From Octopus bimaculoides (Eukaryota): a stretch of 64,000 nt of DNA. A model generated the notes under the pieces. It was given only the letters and a program-made list of their open reading frames with translations, was not told the DNA's origin and searched no databases. Where the stretch lies: positions 91,580,748-91,644,747 of the forward strand of contig NC_068984.1 of the NCBI RefSeq assembly GCF_001194135.2, given 5' to 3'. Every line of letters begins with the position of its first letter. The first letter of the stretch is position 1. Made by a program: the position numbers and the translations under genes. Below, one piece after another: positions 26,770-39,220 of the stretch.

Positions 26770-29141
26770 CTGCAACATAAAAGAAACAACTTAATTAAAC
26801 TTCAATAAGAGCATTTTTTCATATGATCTTTACTGGAGCCAGATCCATAAATCAGGCATTGAAGCTTGAATTGTTACACATTAAACTGAGATTTGAAGCA
26901 ACTTATTTGGTAGAAAAACAGAAAAAAACATAAGTGATATATGAACAGGGAGACAAAGTAGAGCATCACATTTCTAAAATAAATGCTTATGTGCTGGTGT
27001 CACATAAATTGCACAAGTGCCAATGCTACGTAGATGCAACCATGCCAATGGCATGTGAAAAACACCTGGCACACTGAGTAAAGTGACTGGCATCAGGAAG
27101 GGCATCCAGCCGTAAGAACCATGCCAAAACAGATAACTGGAGCCTGACAGCATGGAAAATGGACATTAAATGACAATGATGATGATGATGAGTGTACAGG
27201 AAATAATTATAGTGTACTGGACAATATAACTATTTTCTGTACACTAAGTATTTTAGGTGCAATAAGAAATATAATAATATGAGCAACCATCAAGCAAAGA
27301 CTTTCATGACATAAGTACAGGAAATGGAGTAGTGATCAATCTTTTCATGTCTTCTAGGTAGTGAGAGCTAGTTTAGGTTGGTTTGAATTGTAGCAGATTT
27401 GTGATAAGAAAAATGTATATGAATGTAGTTTTGGTAACGAAAAATGTTTAGTGAGAGTTGAACACAGGGATTGGAACAAAAAGTATGCAATATGTTATCA
27501 TTAGTTGTACATAGGCCTCAAAAGCAGGAAATCTACAATGACATATTAATATAATGTGCAGAAGTGCTATACAAAGCTTGTAGAAGAAGTTAGTCATAAT
27601 TGAGTAGAGATCACTGAATGTAGGATGATACCTTTGCCTGTAAGGAAAAGATACACTCTGACTGAAAACGATCTCAGAGCCAGTGGTTAGATACTTGTAA
27701 TAAATACTAATCAAAGAGTTTGAAGCAGTTAGGATTACAGACAAGATAATGCAGAATCAAGATACATAGCTGTATGGTAAGAAGCATGCTTCCAAGCCAC
27801 ATGATTCTGGGTTCAGTCCTACTGCATGGAACCTTGGGTAAGTGTCTTTTACTTGTGCGTGGATTTCATAGACATAAACTGAAAGAAGGCCATTGTATGT
27901 ATCATCATCATCATCATAGTTTAACGTCCGCTTTCCATGCTAGCATGGGTTGGACGATTTGACTGAGGACTGGTGAAACCGGATGGCAACACCAGGCTCC
28001 AATCTAATTTGGCAGAGTTTCTACAGCTGGATGCCCTTCCTAACGCCAACCACTCAGAGAGTGCAGTGGGTGCTTTTACGTGTCACCCGCACGAAAANNN
28101 NNNNNNNNNNNNNNNNNNNNNNNNNNNNNNNNNNNNNNNNNNNNNNNNNNNNNNNNNNNNNNNNNNNNNNNNNNNNNNNNNNNNNNNNNNNNNNNNNNNN
28201 NNNNNNNNNNNNNNNNNNNNNNNNNNNNNNNNNNNNNNNNNNNNNNNNNNNNNNNNNNNNNNNNNNNNNNNNNNNNNNNNNNNNNNNNNNNNNNNNNNNN
28301 NNNNNNNNNNNNNNNNNNNNNNNNNNNNNNNNNNNNNNNNNNNNNNNNNNNNNNNNNNNNNNNNNNNNNNNNNNNNNNNNNNNNNNNNNNNNNNNNNNNN
28401 NNNNNNNNNNNNNNNNNNNNNNNNNNNNNNNNNNNNNNNNNNNNNNNNNNNNNNNNNNNNNNNNNNNNNNNNNNNNNNNNNNNNNNNNNNNNNNNNNNNN
28501 NNNNNNNNNNNNNNNNNNNNNNNNNNNNNNNNNNNNNNNNNNNNNNNNNNNNNNNNNNNNNNNNNNNNNNNNNNNNNNNNNNNNNNNNNNNNNNNNNNNN
28601 NNNNNNNNNNNNNNNNNNNNNNNNNNNNNNNNNNNNNNNNNNNNNNNNNNNNNNNNNNNNNNNNNNNNNNNNNNNNNNNNNNNNNNNNNNNNNNNNNNNN
28701 NNNNNNNNNNNNNNNNNNNNNNNNNNNNNNNNNNNNNNNNNNNNNNNNNNNNNNNNNNNNNNNNNNNNNNNNNNNNNNNNNNNNNNNNNNNNNNNNNNNN
28801 NNNNNNNNNNNNNNNNNNNNNNNNNNNNNNNNNNNNNNNNNNNNNNNNNNNNNNNNNNNNNNNNNNNNNNNNNNNNNNNNNNNNNNNNNNNNNNNNNNNN
28901 NNNNNNNNNNNNNNNNNNNNNNNNNNNNNNNNNNNNNNNNNNNNNNNNNNNNNNNNNNNNNNNNNNNNNNNNNNNNNNNNNNNNNNNNNNNNNNNNNNNN
29001 NNNNNNNNNNNNNNNNNNNNNNNNNNNNNNNNNNNNNNNNNNNNNNNNNNNNNNNNNNNNNNNNNNNNNNNNNNNNNNNNNNNNNNNNNNNNNGCTGTAG
29101 TTTAATGACTGAATTAAAATAAAACAAAAGAAAGGTAGAGG

Positions 29142-30978
29142 TGTAGCGAAGCTTCTCTCTCAGTTATATACATGTGAATGCGGACGTAGCGGGTAACATC
29201 TAGCTTTCGGCTGCATCTTTGGCCTGTTGTGTCCACCACTCCGATTGGTTGGTATTGGCGCACTTTTGTCTAGTTCTATTTCGCATCAGGGTGCATACCA
29301 ACCAATTGCAGCCTTCTGATAAGGTCACATGGAACAGGTTTTCTGAACCCCTGCTTGAGCAGATTTTTCCTCTTAAATAGCTTGCCTGTCTGCACTAAAG
29401 TTTGTCGCGACTTTAGACCTTCTGAGGTCTAGTCGCTGACCACAGAGCACCAGCCAGTTCCAGCGACAACATACCACCGTTCAACACCTTGCTGCAAACT
29501 CCATCTTCGTTGCCACTTCCAGCTTCTTAGCGTCTACACCGTCGTCTCAACATACACACCACCAACAGCGCCTGCACAGTTTCTCTCAACACTGTTTGTG
29601 TGAATTGCTTCACCATGAATAACAGCCAGAATTCAACCTGTGAGACTCCTGTACCAAGTAACCGGCCACAGCATTGAAACCTCAACTTCTTATGTGACAT
29701 GTCTTACTACGGCTCTGCCTACTCGACGCCATAACCTCTTGGTACAGCATTTCAACCTACTGTGTACCTTAGCTACGAACTGGTAATTCACATCCTTGTG
29801 TCTGAACTTTTAACGTCCTTATTTATTGACTTTTCTATGCTCTGTATCTCTTGCATCCACATACACATATTTGTATACACTCTTTTGTATACATGACGGC
29901 CTGTCTTATATTGTGTTTTATTATGTCGCATTCACTCTCACACAGACATACTAGTTGACAACCAATAAACCTTACTTCTATACATGTTACCAGATGAGTC
30001 TCTCTTTCTTTCCTTGTTAGCACTTACCTCATTCCATCTTTTGTACAAACTAGTTTGTAGACGACTGTGCGACCAAGGAGATGGTGACGAAGGAACGGCT
30101 CCTTTTAGCGCGTCGCACGGTCGGCAGAAATATAAGAAAAAACAAAAGATGGAATGAGGTAAGTGCCAACAAGGAAGGAGAGAGAGACTCAACCGGTAAC
30201 ATGTATAGAAGTAAGGTTTATTGGTTGTCAACTAGCATGTCTGTGTGAGAGTGAATGAGACATAATAAAACACAATATAAGACAGGCCGTTGTGTATACA
30301 AAAGAGTGTCTATACAAATATGTATATGTGAATGCAAGAGATATAGAGCATAGAAAGTCTATAATAAGGACGTTAAAAGTCCAGACACAAGGATGTGAAT
30401 TACCAGTTTGTAACTAAGGTACACAGTAGGTTGAAGTGCTGTACAAGAAGTCGTGTCCGAATAGCAAAGCCTGGAGAAATGGTACATGTTACCCGAGAAG
30501 TTGAGGCTACGATGCTGCAACCGATTACTTGGTACAGAGGGTCTTGCTGTTATTCGTGGTGAAGCAATTCACACAAACAGTGTTGAGAGAAACAGTGCGG
30601 GAGCTGTTGGTGGTGTGTACATTGAGTAGATGCTGGCGACGAAGAAGCTGATGGTGGCATCGAAGATGGAGTTTGCAGCAAGGTGTTGAATCTCCATGAA
30701 GCTGTGTCGAGTTGTCGCTGGAACTGATGAAGCAAGCTATTTAAGAGGAAAAATCGGCTCAAGCAGGGGTTCAGAAAACCGTTCCATGTGACCTTAGCAG
30801 AAGGCTATGATTGGTTGGTATGCACCCTGGTGTGAAATAGAACTAGAGACTAAAGTGCACCAATACCAACCAATCAGAGTGGTGGGCACAACAGGGTCCA
30901 AAGATGCAGCCAAAAGCTAGATGTTATCTGCTACGTCTGCATTCACATATATATAACCAAGAGAGAAGCTTCGCTACA
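29142..30978. mobile_element. Inverted (tail-to-tail) dimer of LTR-like units with a single 4-bp TSD (GAGG)
   Basis: TGTAGCGAAGCTTCTCTCT at 29142 and its inverse ending at 30978. GAGG at 29138-29141 and 30979-30982. Arms are complementary along ~850 bp. Junction TACA-AACTAGTT-TGTA at 30044-30059. Confidence 0.88.
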
Positions 30979-31049
30979 GAGGGAAGATTATATTAAGACA
31001 GAAAAAATAAAACATTACTTAAATGATGATGATATAAAAATATCTTTAC

Positions 31050-31241
31050 CTTTTTTATATCATTATTAAGCATTAAAAATTCATCTTCAACTAATTTATA
31101 AGAATTTTCAAACTGTTTCATATGTACATCCTGATTACTGTGATGAGTTGATGCATGCTGCTGGTAAGAATATAGTTTTGATGGTATTTCTGAGATCAGG
31201 GGCGAGACAGTGTTAGCTGGACGATTTCTGATTTGAAAAAT
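31050..31241 (-). CDS. PDSS1: PDSS1 exon (IFQIRNRP...NSYKLVEDEFLMLNNDIKK)
   Basis: Acceptor TATCTCTTTGCAG and donor AAG|GTAAAG; 192 nt, phase 0/0. The C-terminal part aligns to human DPFKLGWRDLKGLYEDIRK, which precedes the same intron position. Confidence 0.8.
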
Positions 31242-32559
31242 CTGCAAAGAGATAACTTTTCAATGAAATATTTACCAGCCAGAAATCCTTTGCAAGAACA
31301 AAGACAAAAAAAAAAACATTTGAAAGAAAATGAAAGACTGGTATAAACCCAATTTTTGGGGTAGTGTTTCTATGAATGTTTTTTTCTCATCTATTTGATT
31401 TAATTTACCATTTTTGTAGGTTATAAGGAAAAGCAAGATATAATATCAAGGACCTTGACTAATGATAAGCATTGATCTTGCAGATTTCTGAAAATTCACA
31501 GATTAATACTAGTCTATCCCATAAGTTCATATTGAAAATCATAGAGGTAAAAATTTGGTGTATGCAATTGGGTAGTATTTAAATTAAAATAAGCCATCCA
31601 TGTATCAGTCATAATGCATATATACACCAATGACAGGCAAATTACTGAGGCTTCTGTTTCTTATAGAGGGAGATGAAAAATCAAGTGAGACTGCTAGCAG
31701 CATTTTGGCCTTTCTGGGTCTTGTCAATGACATGTACTTACAGCCAGCCATATGCCTGGATGAGATTTGTCACCTCCAACATAGGATACAAATCTTGTCT
31801 AGGTGTGTGGCTGGCAGCAAGCACACATGATTAACAAGGCTCCAAGAGGCCAAAATACACCTATCATTCATGCTAGCTGCTGCTGGGACGATTTTTCGAC
31901 GCCTTCCAATCCATATAGTGTGTTTTTAATTACAGCACATCTACAAAAACAGACAAAAACTGCAGTAATTTGCCCGTCACTGGTGTATTTACATTAAGCA
32001 TGATACTGGGATGGGCTATTTCGTTGAGGTAAGTTTAAGTTTTTCTAGGCACCTAGTACATTGCTCCTATTACAGTTAATTAGTAGATCCAGTGATTTTT
32101 GGAATTTTAATTTGGAAGTAACTCACAATCAAAGCAATAGAATTGTTATGTTTCTTGGACTTCTAAAGTGTAGACCCAGATTCGGTGTGGTTCTTTATGG
32201 GTTTAAATGCAAGTGATGGCAATAGATCATGCTTTACTTTTCTTTTGCAAAAACTAAATGATTTTATCAGCTGCAGCAAGTTCCGATTCGGTAAATGGGT
32301 GAATACCAATGTTGTATGTTTCAATCCTTAATGTAGGTATTCTCAGTTGTTCTAAAGTTCTGCTCTTTTTAATACTGTTTCTCTGTTAGCCTCTTCCATT
32401 AGATTGACTTTTAAGATATTCACACGCAACTCACACTAACATAAGTCTGATATAGATCTAGTTCAAACTTATTTTTGAGAGAGAGAAAGTTATTCTTTTT
32501 TAAAGTGTTTACAGCATAATTCATATCCATAAAATTAATCTTTTTCGAAACTAGAGATA

Positions 32560-34150
32560 TCTATGTGTTCACAACTGATCATTGTAGGGAATGCGAGATG
32601 AAGTTCCCACTAAATAAAACGTTAGCGAAAGACTTACCATTTAAAAAGTAACGTACTTTAATTGTCTCTTATTCTATTTTTTTATTATCAGTTTAATATA
32701 ATGTAATTATAACAGAAGGTATGAATATTTACATCGTTCGGCGTTAATTAGCCGTTCACGTAATATATGGCAATATCATATTTCTGAAGGGCAAGTGTGT
32801 TTATTATATAACAAATAACAGCTCGGTACACCTTACCTAACGCTTAGCTAGGTTAATATACTTCAGATTAAAATATATTCTAAAATTGAAATAAAAAAAA
32901 TATTTATTTCATTTTCGATCAACTTCAGACAGCAATTTAGCAACTTAAAAACAAGGAGAAATATGTATAAGACACAAGGTTAAACTTGCCGGGTTTTTAA
33001 CTCCAATACAAATAGAAATACTTACTTTGCGTTTCAAAAGACATGGAGTACAATTATGAACAGGATAATATTTTTGATTAAATGTAGTATATATCCTTCG
33101 TATCATCCAGTCCACAGACACTCGTGATATTGAGAAAATTCTAACACTACAACAGCAGCTCCTTACAAAAGTCATACCTCAGATAATCAGGTTCACCATC
33201 CCAATTAAGGACATTAATACAAAGACAGTAAGTTTTACTTTGGCATTTTATTTTAAAAACTGCATTTTAATTGTCAATAAAAATGTTTAATTAATTGTAG
33301 TAGACAACTCATAATTATGAGATCTGTTATTTAATATACTGTAATAGTACGCAACTATCTAACACTTTTGAGAGGCATTATTTAAATTACCTAAACACGC
33401 CCTTTCATTTGTGCAAATAGGCTTATTGCCATTCAGTGAGTTTTGCTGTGTATCTAATGATCAGGCTAGTTAAACGATTGAGACTTAGGGAATTTGTTTT
33501 TGTTTTCACCTAAATTTATATTCAGTAAAATCTAAACGAGAACGAACATAAACAGAACATTACTCTTCCTACTCATATGATAGTTAACGAAAAATACAAC
33601 AAAAAATTTGTGTGAACGGCAACAACTTTGCGCTTAATCATTTTTCAGTATTCTGTTAATCCTTTTGTTTTATTAACTTTGTATTTAGTCCAAACTTGCT
33701 CCATTTTAAGTTTTGTAATTGAAATTAAAATCTTAGAGCATAAATGCATTATTATATGGAGGATAACATTATATTATTTCAAAGAGTATTTACTGTTTGT
33801 CCACTAACTTCTTGATTACTTCCCTTCGTACACTTTCCCCATTAGGTAACTAGTTAGTCGTTTAATAATCACTCATTTGATTTCCAATTTGAGTAAATTG
33901 TTTATATATATATTTACGTCCAATTTTTCTTTGTATCCTTCATCCGTACGATAGTACTCAATACGAAATAAATTTCGGGCATAACTTCAGAAGTGTGTAC
34001 CCTATTGATTCTGTTTCCGCATAACTTTCTGGAAATGTATATTTTGATGAAATTCTCTGCAAATATATTTCAGATGGCGTAGATTACAGTCATGTCGGAA
34101 TTTATCGTGAAAAACCTTTTCATTACCTGGAAGCTATCAGAAGAACAGTC
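32560..34150. promoter_or_regulatory. CpG-retaining region, probable PDSS1 promoter/5' region
   Basis: CpG dinucleotides are visibly enriched (about 11 in 32580-32860) relative to CpG-depleted introns, and the region coincides with the 5'-most candidate exon. Inference from invertebrate gene-body methylation patterns. Confidence 0.45.
33026..33175 (-). CDS. PDSS1: PDSS1 candidate first coding exon (putative mitochondrial targeting peptide, MTFVRSCCCSVRIFSISRVSVDWMIRRIYTTFNQ...LLKRK)
   Basis: ATG at 33175 opens 50 codons ending at a consensus donor AAA|GTAAGT (33025-33020), phase 0 and compatible with the 31241 acceptor. Arg/Ser-rich N-terminus. Together with the next exon it gives 114 aa before the conserved domain, similar to the human N-terminal length as I recall it. 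No recognisable homology, so this exon is inferred. Confidence 0.55.
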
Positions 34151-34269
34151 AGTTTCAGACTCTCTTTTAGAACCTGTATAGTTGCAACTGCTCGGTGATC
34201 AAAGTAAATGGCCACCTGTTGGAACTGTTCCTCATTGCACACTTAATTCATCAACAGTGTTCCATCTCG

Positions 34270-34460
34270 CCTTTCCTGTATGTGTTGCCTCTCGAGCCAT
34301 TGGTGAAGAAATTGCAACAGTTGAGAGGGTCATGTCAGTTTATGTGAATGACAGCACCGTCATGATGTCGAATGCCACTAAAATAGAGGCGGTCGGCCCC
34401 AATCTAAAGAAATATGAGATGCTACCAGAGGTTAAAATCAATCTGGACAAACCAATAAGT
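34270..34460 (+). mobile_element. L1/Tx1-type reverse transcriptase remnant
   Basis: VMSVYVNDSTVMMSNATKIEAVGPNLKKYEMLPEVKINLDK resembles the L1-clade YADD...GAKIN.DKS segment. Confidence 0.6.
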
Positions 34461-37270
34461 AGCTGCTTGACATTTGGAAAAGAAAGTTCATGACGACAGA
34501 CATGGTGATCTATCTTTCTGTATCAGGTAGACTGCATCATCATCCTTCATGCAACATGCTTCTCTTTCTTTTTTTTCCTCAATCAATTTTCTACGTAAAT
34601 CCCCCCACCTTATATATGTCTTTGTCACTGCAAACCCCTTATCCATTGTCCTGGTGGCAAAGAAGAGATATCATCATCATTATCATTATCGGTGATGGTA
34701 GTAGTAGGAAAAAAATCGCTTTGTGGTATTTTGCCAACTCTCAATATTCTGCTAAGCTTGACTTTGTTCAAATTCTGCTTATCTTGTATAGAAACAATTT
34801 CTGTTAAGCTTGACTTAGCCTTTCATCCTTTTTTTTTGGGGGGGGGGAGAAGGGAAGCGGTCAATAAAATAAGAACCAGTTAAGTATCAGTGTTGATGTA
34901 ACTGACTACTCCTCCTCTAAAACTGCCGAATTTCTGCTAAAATTTTGAAACAATTGTTATGATCCATCTATCAGTTTTTTCCACCCATTATTTCTTGGAG
35001 GATCATGTAGAGGTAGAGTCCTCATGTACTGTTTCCATAGGGTCCTATCAGAAACAGCCACCATTAAACTTCCCTGCTTGATTCCCAAACATGACTAACT
35101 GAGACTATTATCAAACCATCTCACTTATGATTTACCCCTAGGTTTCTTACTGGTTGGCTCTTTCATGTGATTCTTTCCTATGGCATTCCAACCACATGTC
35201 CATAGTACAAGAGCTGTGCTCTCTTAATGCAGAGAAGTACTGGCTCAACCTGGAGAGACTCCTTAAACTTTGAACTACTTTCCTTTGGAGGAATCCCATT
35301 TCAGGCACTTGTACTCATGGTTGTAATCTTTTGGTCATTATCCAACATTCATTTCAGCCTCCTGCTTCCCCATCACACATGAATCCAGCCCTTGAGATAC
35401 TTCTTATATGACCCCTACACAAAACTTCAAATACTTATTATACAACTTCTTCATAGAAAGTTTATAAAACATTGATAAGTCTGATATGTCTTGGAAATTT
35501 TAAATACACTGTTTTATAGGATTACAATTTTTAAACTGGATAATTGAACATTTTATTTTCAGCATCCATTGCTTGAAGAAATACCATAGGTAAAACTATT
35601 TTTACACATACTTAATATTTATACAAAGGCACCTAAAATTACACATAATACATAACTAAAACTTTCAGTCTACATCAAACAAAATACCCACCCCTTATGG
35701 TAACCACACATATACTGCATAGTTAAGTTATAAGATTTGTTTTCTGTTTCGGAACCAGCAACATCCTATATCATGTGATTCTTTACAAGATAAAAACTCA
35801 CACAACACTGAAATAAAGCTAATTCCTCTGTCTCCCATGGTATTTTGATAATTGTGCTAACAGGGATTTTGTTAAGGCAGATTTTCTATGGCTGAATGCC
35901 TCTCCTATCATAAAGTCTTGTGTGTTTCCAAGCAAGGTAATATTTCCTTATAGCTGGACATGTTTTTCCAAAAGATTGGAAATTAATGGACACCGCTTGT
36001 ATGACAAGGATGTTTGTTTACAACAATCATGCATTATCAAGCAAGGAAACCCAACCACACACACACATGATGAGTGTCTTTCAGTTTCCAACTACCAAAT
36101 CCACATACAAGGCTTTGGTCTTGTTGTGGCTACAGTTGAAGCTACTTGTCCATACTGCTGCATGGTAGGACTGAGTTTAAAACTACATGGTTGGGAAACA
36201 CACAGCCATAAATGTTTTCTTTTCTTTCCAAGTACACAATTTGATTTTAATTCTTGTTGAAACTTATGTTTTTGGAAAAATCAACTTTTAAGAATTAGTT
36301 TCGAGAGGAAGATTTTAGTTTTGTTAGAACTAATATATTGTTAGAGGTTCTGGGGGAGAAAGATTGGTTTTTTGTATCAGGAGTGAGACACAATAAAAGT
36401 AATACGAGCTGGGAAAGTATAGAGTTGTATTTGGAAGAATAGAGAATATTATAAACCTTTCTAAGGTTTGTAATATGTGGGGAAGGTAAAAGGAAATGGT
36501 TGAATGCTGTTGAGTGAAGTTTTGCTTCTTAGGTGAATGGTTTCGTTTTTATGGGTTATAGATGTATGGTGGGATCACTGTCATTGAGGATTTAACTTTA
36601 TTTCAGTGTTGGGTGAGATTTTATCTTGTACAGAATCACAAGATGTTTAGAAGTTGCTGATTCTGAAACAGAAAACAAATCTAAACTATAAATTATCTTG
36701 AGTTGTCTAGTATTAATATTTTGCTGCTACTAAAAATGAAACTTGGTTGTCATCAGTTCATAAAAGTTATTTTTGTAAACTATTTGACCATAGATGAGAT
36801 TTGAGTACTGAAACATAGGAGTACATGTTCATTCAAACAACAACAAATTGGTTATTAATAGAAAGCTTTGAGGTACATCTATTTTGACAGTGTGCTTTGG
36901 GTATTTTCCCAACAGAAGTTCAATACTATACAAATAGGCAAGTTTGGTAAATCAGTTTGGAAGATGGTTTCATGCTAAAAACACTACTTTTGAAATCTTG
37001 GAGTGAGCTATCAATATTTACTGAAGCAGAATCACTTGATAGGAGATATTGAATCCAGTAGCAGTGCCTAATGTTTACTGGTTTAATAGAAAAGAAAAAA
37101 AAAAGATTGAAATGTGCAGATATAAATATGGTTAACTTTTCAAAGATGTGGTTAATAGGAGAAAAGAAATTAAAATCTTATTAACAGTAAGTTACCTCAT
37201 TTTCTTAATTAGATTTCTGATCTGCATTAGATAACTAACGCTCAGTTAATGGTACAATTCTTTCTTTTTT

Positions 37271-38030
37271 TTGTTTCAGTCATTTGACTGTGGCTACGCT
37301 GAAGCACTGCCTCAAAGGGTTTTAGTCAAAGAAATCGACCCCAGGACTTATTCTTTGTAAGCCTAGTACTTATTCTATCAGTTTATTTTGCTAAACCACT
37401 AAGTTATAGGGACATAAACACACCAGCATTGGTTGTCAAGCGATGGTGGGGGGACAAACACAGACACACAAATACATGCATATTGGCTGTGTGGTAAGTA
37501 GCTTGCTTACTAACCACATGGTTTTGGGTTCAGTCCCACTGCGTGGCACCTTGAGCAAGTGTCTTCTACTATAGCCTTAGGACGGCCAAAGCCTTGTGAG
37601 TGGATTTGGGAGACAGAAACTGAAAGAAGCCTGTTGTATATATGTATATACATGTGTGTTTGTCCTCCCAATATCGCTTGACAACTGATGCTGGTGTGTT
37701 TACGTCCCCGTAACTTAGCGGTTCGGCAAAAGCAACCAATAGAATAAGTACTAGGCTTACAAAGAATAAATCCTGGGGTCGATTTGCTCAACTAAAGGCG
37801 GTGCTCCAACATGGCCGCAGTCAAATGACTGAAACAAGTAAAAGAGTAAATATATATTTTTATATACATATATGGCAGGCTTCTTTCAGTTTCCATCTAC
37901 CAAATCCACTCACAAGGCTTTGGTCAGCCTGAGGCTACAGTAGAGGACACTTGCCCAAGGTGCCATGCAGTGGGACTGCTGGAACAATGTGGTTGGGAAG
38001 CAAACTTCTTACCTTACAGCCATGCCAGTA
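37271..38030. mobile_element. Cluster of three SINE pieces in alternating orientation
   Basis: Minus tail 37271-37470, plus full copy 37480-37850, minus head 37870-38030. Confidence 0.85.
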
Positions 38031-38479
38031 CCTATGCAGCTACAAAAATCATTTATGTTCAGTTAGATAAAAATAATATACAAACTATGGGGAAAATATA
38101 TACATCGCAAAAGCAATGTTAAAACAGTACTAAGGCTTTCATAGAAAATTTTATTAGGAAATGTGCAATCAACATTTCTGATAGCTTTGAAATGCAGTTA
38201 GTTTTGTATTGCATATTGAATATTATTGAAGAGAAAATATGGACATTAGTGAATAAGAATCATGTGTGTGTGTATGTGTGTGTAACCAGTTGTATTTTGG
38301 GTGACATTTCTTGATTGAACCCTTTAGCATTCAGATTACTCCGGCAAATGTAATGCTTATTTATTCACTTTGTTTTAAATTTACTCATGCATTATCTCAT
38401 AGCTTCAAGATTTCAAGGATGTGATTGTTTATTTTTAGTATGACATTTTAGTGGGGTAGCTGTGAGAGGATGAACCCTA

Positions 38480-39220
38480 GTGGCTGAGACTTATAAATGG
38501 GTGCATATCCTGGGCGCTGGAGAATGCCAGCAACATTGACAAGAATAGTAGCCTCTCCTGGACCTGCGATAAGTACATCACATCTCATCATGAAGTCTAT
38601 CCAAGAACAGGAGATAGCCACTAAATACCTCATCAACAAAAGTGATAGAGAAGTCTGATGCCATACCAGTGTGGAAGGAATCACTCATATCATCAGTAGC
38701 TACCCAGAAATGACTACAAGATACTCCTTCCCCATGAGACATGATATCATTACCAAAATGGTTTACAATGCTATACACAAGTAAGAAGGATTGTCCTGAT
38801 GGCCATGCTGAAGGCACACAAGGACCAGAGAGTATCTACAACTTCAAAAATAAAGAATGCTGGTGGAAGATTCCAATAAAAACAGCAACATAGTGTAAGC
38901 ACAACAGGTCAGATGTGGTTGTGTTGGACAGGGAGCAAAAGTCATGTATTGTTTTAGAGATCAGCTTCTAAGCAAATGTGAATGTTGCTTCAAAAATCAT
39001 GGGAAAAGAGAACATCAATAGTGAACTGATGAGAAATCTAAAGCTCTTAAAGCCATGCTACAGATTTTCATTTGTTTCTGTTGTACATGCACTGAGCTAT
39101 GTTCAATAAAATCTAGAAAGGCTTGGTTTCTCAAAAGTAAAAAAATGGGAAAAAAGTGAGAACTGATTCACATTCTCCAGATACAATTGATCAGAGGAAC
39201 GGTAAATATTTGTACAACAT
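38480..39220 (+). mobile_element. R4/Dong-type (restriction-like endonuclease) non-LTR retrotransposon 3' fragment
   Basis: Manual translation across frameshifts: CHTSVEGITHIISSYP (degenerate CCHC), MRHDIITKMVY (RHD), WWKIPIKTAT*CKHNRSDVVVLDREQKSCIVLEIS (PD..D/E-type RLE). Confidence 0.75.

Noticed and set aside
27973-29127. Long ORFs of 341-379 aa in the track (also at 6909-7376, 17271-17793, 47355-48038, 54023-54293, 58019-58248)
   Set aside because: They are runs of X across assembly N gaps and not real coding sequence.
29142-30978. DIRS/tyrosine-recombinase element as an explanation for the inverted LTRs
   Set aside because: No YR/RT coding sequence or internal complementary region, and it has TG..CA ends and a 4-bp TSD, which DIRS elements lack.
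31440-31500. Possible intronic C/D snoRNA (ATGATA...CTGA)
   Set aside because: Imperfect C box, too short, no terminal stem, and on the strand opposite to the host gene.
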